Source: Amoebophrya sp. A120 (lineage: Eukaryota > Protista > Dinoflagellata). Taken from it: a stretch of 64,000 nucleotides of DNA. Of this stretch, positions 58,655 to 64,000 are shown in pieces; positions within the stretch are counted from its first letter, which is position 1; the number at the start of each line of letters is the position of its first letter. Location of the stretch: NCBI GenBank assembly GCA_905178155.1, contig CAJINV010000003.1, forward strand, positions 10,673,890-10,737,889, read 5' to 3'. The notes below the pieces were generated by a model. The model ran no database searches. It was not told the DNA's origin and saw only the letters and a program-made list of their open reading frames with translations. Position numbers and translations under genes: made by a program.

Positions 58655-61600
58655 ATGCAGCTGCATGAATTCATCTACTTTATCTTTTTGTTCTTTGCAT
58701 CTTCAAGCGTCCTTCATCCTCTTGGCCTTGTCGTCAGCGCCAACGAGGAGTACAAGGTACTAGACCCTGTTTACGCCGGCACCAACATTGTATACGAAAA
58801 CCCGAATATATATGCCGGAAGCAAGTGCCAAGACAACCAGATTTTTCGTGACGAGGCAAACTTGCCGTGCTCTTACTGGATCGGGAAGGCCAGCTGCCGC
58901 GATGAGGCGACGCAGCGGAAGGGCTACTCGGCGTTCGGCGTCGAGCAGTTGCTTTGCAACTGCCCACGGGCCTGCGGCTTGGGAGAGACTGGCAATTGCC
59001 GGTCGGTCCGGTGCCTGCGGCGATGCCGCGCACCCAGGGGGCCCGTGCACAGCATTACGCAACTTGGACAGGGCGCGACGCATTTGCTGCCGAACTACTG
59101 CGTTCTTGCATTGCCAAATGGGCAATCCTGCACGCATCCGCACATGTGCCAAAGCGGCTACTGCGACCCGTTTCAGCGTCAGTGCCGCCAATCCTCTTCG
59201 GTCGCCGGCTTCGCCGTTTCGGACACAGCCTCCATGACGTCATATTGACTGTAACTATGTCTGGGTCTCCTGGTAATAGGATGGACATAGAGCCTTTATT
59301 TTCGTGCAGCAAACTCACAAGACCACAAATCAAATTCAAATCAAGCACTTCTGTTTTTCTTTTTGCCACTGCATGAGCGCCAAGAACGGAAAGGTCCTGC
59401 TGTCCATTTCTTGCTACGCATAGAATACTAGCGAATTACTTGCGTCTTCATCCGACTTGGCAGGTTGCACGCACATCGGGACTGTGATGGCGGAGCCGGA
59501 TCTGAGTCGGATCTCCAAGCCATGAGAAGAAATGTGTACCTAAAGCAAGTTCCAAAAAATGCACGTTGACAAAAACAATAAATGCGCGCAAGTGATTATC
59601 TTCAAAGCGGCTTTGAATGGGTAATGGGTAAGCCCGCCAGCGCCAGCCCCAGACATATGCGCCACGCATACGTCAGATTCTGTCGCGATACGCACACAAG
59701 GCACCACGGACGAGGAGCTGGAGTCTCTCTATGTTTGCGACGGTCGCGGCGAGGTGCTGTCGTCCGCCAAATGGGGTAAGTGCCACAATTTTGGCGCTGA
59801 CGTCGATCCAAGCCTGGCACAATGCCGCTGCCGGTTTTCGTTTTTGCTGCAGTACTGGGCCAACCACTGGGCGCCCTGCCATACACAAGCGGCGGGAAAG
59901 AACTTTTGCACCTACTTCGGCGACCAAGACCGGCACGTGCGAATCGCGATGAAGTTTTCCTTGCTTCTTCCAGAGGACGCAACTACCGCCACTTTCTCCC
60001 GCGATGTGTACATCAAAACCGCTGTTGCCGCCGCTATCGAGACAGCTGTCGCCACACCGTGTCCAAGCCTTGCCGTGTTCGACATTGCGCTGGAAACGAT
60101 TGAAGTGAGCGGCTCTGGCTTTCGCAGTGCGCCCCCGTACAACGCGGTGCCTCGGGAAACCAGGATCGTCGCGAAGCTGCTTGTCGCACAGTCAAAGGCA
60201 ACACTGGCAAGAACTTGCCTCGTGAGCTCGGCGTTTCGCACCGCATTTCGTGCCGAATTCGGTGCGGATTACCGCGACCGCGAACACAAGTGCCGGTTTT
60301 CGCGGCAGCTTCTGAACGAGGGAAGCGCCGCGGTCTTTTGCAAAGGCGAGCTCGCTGCTGTTTACGCAAACTCCTACGCGCAACTGTTTCACCAGAATGC
60401 CGTTGACGGGTCGACGGCCTATCAACAGGCATACCTAACCATTTTTCAGCGGACGCAAAATTTGATTACGGAGCCGGTGATTCTGATTGAATCCGTGGAT
60501 GCGGTGTCCGAACTGCCCGCGCACGAGTCGAATGCAGCTTCGGCGACCGACTATGAAACTATCTCAACAGTGGCTCGTCCTTTCGCAAATAACGGCGCGG
60601 AAGGCAATTTCAGCTCGGGACTACTGGCGGCGTCTTCTGCCACGACTACCACGACAGCAATTTACTTTTCCAATAACCACCTGCCTTTGCCAGAGCAGGG
60701 TGCTGACATGGAAGCGAATACCTTCCACACGAGTACCACGACAACCACCACCACCAATCTAGCCTATTCACTGCGCGCCAGCGTGAAGCTGTCTGTCATC
60801 CCGCCGCCCGGAACGATTTGCATTATGAGAGTGTCAAGGTTGGATGAAATCGACAGGGTGAATAAAACATTGCCTCGTGCGTATTCAAATCGATACAAAT
60901 GCAAGTGTCTCCCTCCATCATTCGTAAGTGGTGCCTTACTAATTTAGCCAACGTTCTTCAGATTGCTGCTTTATCATTCTGTCATGTTGCGTAGCGGAAA
61001 GACCGGCCGGGGCGCTCCTCCTGTCCTGTTCTTTCGCAACCCTTCCCGTGCGGCTAGCCACGCTTACTTACAGCCGGCCTCACTTTCTATTCCTGCAAGA
61101 CAGGCACAACTCGAGGCCCCGCATTATGTCTTGTTCTTGCGTTGCAAGTTTATTCCGCCACTTTCTTGTCGATTTCCAAACAATCCTGACCACGCTTCCA
61201 TATGCAGCGCAGCGTACTTAGTGTCACAGCTAAGCAGTCCTTTCCGCAACGGGATCGCACGATATCTCGACGTTGCGCCGGAGTCCGTTAGTCTGCTAGA
61301 CGCCAACTGTCTACCGGAGTACCTAGTCCCAACGCCGGTAACGAGCACGAGTGTAGCTGGAGCAACGCCCGCCTGGGCTGCAACCAGCAGCGCGATTGGA
61401 GGTGGTCCGGAGCGGGTGCGCAAACAAGTACGGCGGCGATTGGGTATCGGTTTTCGCGCTGAGATCGCGTACCAGGTAAGTGGCTTCACAGACAGAGACA
61501 CCGCTAGCGCCGCAGGCGACCGCGTTTCGGTCACCGACAGTGCACAGGCCGCGGTGTTTGAGCAAACGCTGCATGCATGCTTCTCGGAGCACGACCCGGA

Positions 61601-63539
61601 ACTTGGAGTGCTGTCCGTTGCTCAAGGGTCTACTTTGCCGACAGTTTCCGTCGCGGGCGGAAATGGAAGCATACGGGGGGCGGATGGTGCTGCAGCAAGC
61701 GCAGGGATGAGCCCGACTGTGATCGCGCTCCTTGTCTGCTTTCTTTTGCTGGTTGCCTGTGTGCCCGCAATCGGAGTCGTATTGCGCCGCTACGAAATGC
61801 TTTCGCCGGCATGGACTGCTCGGGTTGACTGGTTTCAGAGGCAGTTGCTGCACCCATTCTACAACAAGCTGCTGGCCCTTACCCACCCACCTGTGGCTCG
61901 TGGATATCTGAAACCGGAGCGGGCGGAGAAAAATCAGCTGCGATTTGGAAAGAAAGCAACTTCAGGAGACGTGGCAGAATCGAAAAACTCCCGAGGAAAG
62001 TACGTTGACGAGGAGATCTCCTCTGTCGCTGGCGAAAGTGAAGATGGTTCTTTTGGTGCTGCTTTTCCCAGTAGATCAGATCTGGAGTGGTCGTCGTCTC
62101 CGAGCAACAAGTTGTCAGACACGACAACAAGTGCCGCGGCTAGGAGTAGAGACAATCTCCATCGAGCTCCATTTGTTGCAGAAACTAAGGACAATCAAAA
62201 TGCTACAAAGGATACGTCCCTTTCAACAAGCAACAATAAAATGCTTCGCTTCAATAATGTCGAAGGCGATGAAGTTGAAGAAGCTGCAGGGATGAAACAT
62301 GAAAAAGAGACGAGATCATGTTCCTCGAGCACCACAATAAGAAACGAAAGAACTACTGACCCCGGGTCAGCCGACGCAGCAGGACTAGAGAGCCCTACAA
62401 AACCGACTGGCGGTGGCGGCACCATCTACCTGCAGGACCTTGCTGCCCTCGGGAAGACTGCGCCAAGATACGTGAAAAACAATTTTGATCGCGTCCTTAA
62501 TCGCGTGCGGTGTGGGTTTTCAGGACTCCTCCAAAGTGGGAAGTCACGGCAACATACCGGCAAAGTGGCACCTGCTTCGTCCGCCTTGTCAAATGGTTGT
62601 GGTTCATCTGCAGGACGGTACCACCTGGATCGAGAAGCCCAAGCGGATGCTGTGGGTGGTCACCTCCACATCACCGTTGAAAAATCACAGTCGGGAATTG
62701 ATTCTGTTTCTGCCGATACCCGGCTACGAGAGACTAGTACTGCCAAGGGGGGCGAAATAAATAGCATAAGTGCTGCAATCGAAGCACGAGCAAGTGCTGC
62801 CGATAGAAATAGTGACCAGGAACCGATCTTTGCACGACCATTCGAAACAGGAGCCGCATCTTCGTGGGAGCCACCAGATCCAGAGAATTTTCAGGCAACA
62901 ATATTGTCTGCAATAGATGAAAAAGGCGAGAGTCCGTACCTTATTTCGCACTTTTCGCCTCTGCGGCCAGCGGGGGTGGACAACATTCCGGTGCCCGCTC
63001 TTCTAAGGAACGGCGGCGTGATGCGGGCAGCATCCCAGTTGTTACCGCAAAGTCCGCCGGAGCCGGACGAGAAACAAAGTAACACTGGGCAGGTACATCT
63101 TGGAAGTCAAGCCCTTGCCATTCCCCCAGCTAATTCCAGCGGTATTCTGCACACAGTCGGCACCGCAGGAGGCCACACGGAGCCACAACACGCAACAGAA
63201 AGCGAAATCGCCCAACAGCATGAGCACTACATGCTATATAATATGCAGGCTGTCCAGGAGCTGCACCTGCAGCAGCAGGTTACCAACCAGTGGCAGGCGC
63301 CGCAGCACCTTCACCAGCAGCAGCATCAAGTGCTCTTCGGCCGACGTCAACAGGAAGCTACAAGTGGCGCAGCTGCAGTGGGGCAGTCTCACTACCACCC
63401 GGCCCAGTCAGCAACCAGCACTGCAGCTCATGTGCTAGTAAAGGCACAGAACTCACAAATGAGAATGACTCTCGATGCGGGAAATGTCTACCACCAGCAA
63501 CAGCTGCAGCGGCAGCTGGGTTCGTTTTGGATGACTTGA
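58655..63539 (+). CDS. Cys-rich type I membrane protein, ~1355 aa (exons 58655-59242, 59676-60823, 61208-63539)
   Basis: Signal peptide, Cys-rich N-terminus (CSYW...CNCPRACG), Thr-rich stretches, TM helix VIALLVCFLLLVACVPAIGVVL, Ser/Gln-rich tail; two introner removals keep the frame (4068 nt). Confidence 0.8.
59243..59670. mobile_element. 428-bp introner (family A-related)
   Basis: Perfect DR CGTCA; TAT...TATGTCTGGG inverted core. Confidence 0.88.
60824..61202. mobile_element. 379-bp introner (family B)
   Basis: TATGAGAGTGTCAAGG...GAAATCGAC vs TATGGAAGCGTGGTCAGG...GAAATCGAC; DR TGCAT/TGCAG. Confidence 0.87.
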
Positions 63540-64000
63540 CTTCATCTACGTGTACGTGCCCAAAATTAAATGTATTGACTTTGACCTCAAAATTAGATTT
63601 ATTTGTTTTCTTCTTCTTGATAAGTTCTTCGCGATTTTTCCGGGGACGAGGAGGTACTCTTGAACTACAAAAGTACAAAAAACAGTTGATCCCGATAGGT
63701 CTGATTACTTCTTTTCTTTTCAGTGTATTGCAGACTTAGCTTCTTTATTTGGCCGCAAGCAGGCAACCAGCATGATGCAACACCTTTCTGAAACATACGC
63801 CATCATCAAAACCGTCTAAGAGTGTATTTCTGACAAAGTTCTTGAAGATGGAGGCGGAGTTGTAGATGCATATAGTCTGGTGATGCAGAAGCGCCAGAAT
63901 GGATGTTGAGTGTAAGCACAAATTTGCCTGATGGTGATGACTTTGGCAAGTACAACTCTTCTTCCCAACGTATTCGTATCTTCAATTCGAGCAGCATTTT

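Noticed and set aside
1-64000. Prokaryotic operon interpretation, tRNA/rRNA genes, dinoflagellate spliced-leader relics, wholesale stop-codon reassignment
   Set aside because: Genes are intron-split and eukaryotic (Rab, ZNF706); I saw no RNA genes or SL sequence by eye; recognisable genes end at standard stops and long exons contain no in-frame stops.

Overview
Eukaryotic nuclear DNA, most consistent with a syndinian dinoflagellate such as Amoebophrya (inferred from intron style, not database-checked). The dominant hidden structure is a dense set of transposon-like non-canonical introns (introners). I find 26 complete and 1 partial element of the form [5-nt direct repeat]-TAT...terminal inverted repeat...ATA-[5-nt direct repeat], 122 bp to 2.7 kb long and falling into several TIR families. 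Removing each element plus one repeat copy restores reading frames and assembles genes the ORF track shows only as fragments: a minus-strand unknown gene, a multi-domain DUF273-like glycosyltransferase, a ~2430-aa protein with a dispersed NHR/SPRY-like core, an ST6Gal-like GT29 sialyltransferase (with a 7-nt apparent excision footprint), a MycE-like O-methyltransferase sharing a duplicated promoter/N-terminus with the GT29 gene, an ankyrin + caspase-like protein lacking the catalytic His, a Rab8-like GTPase in 8 exons, and a Cys-rich type I membrane protein. Also present: a ZNF706-like gene with one canonical intron, a TA-flanked MITE, other TIR and tandem repeats, and a 746-N assembly gap. 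Gene models were built by hand and need RNA-seq confirmation.
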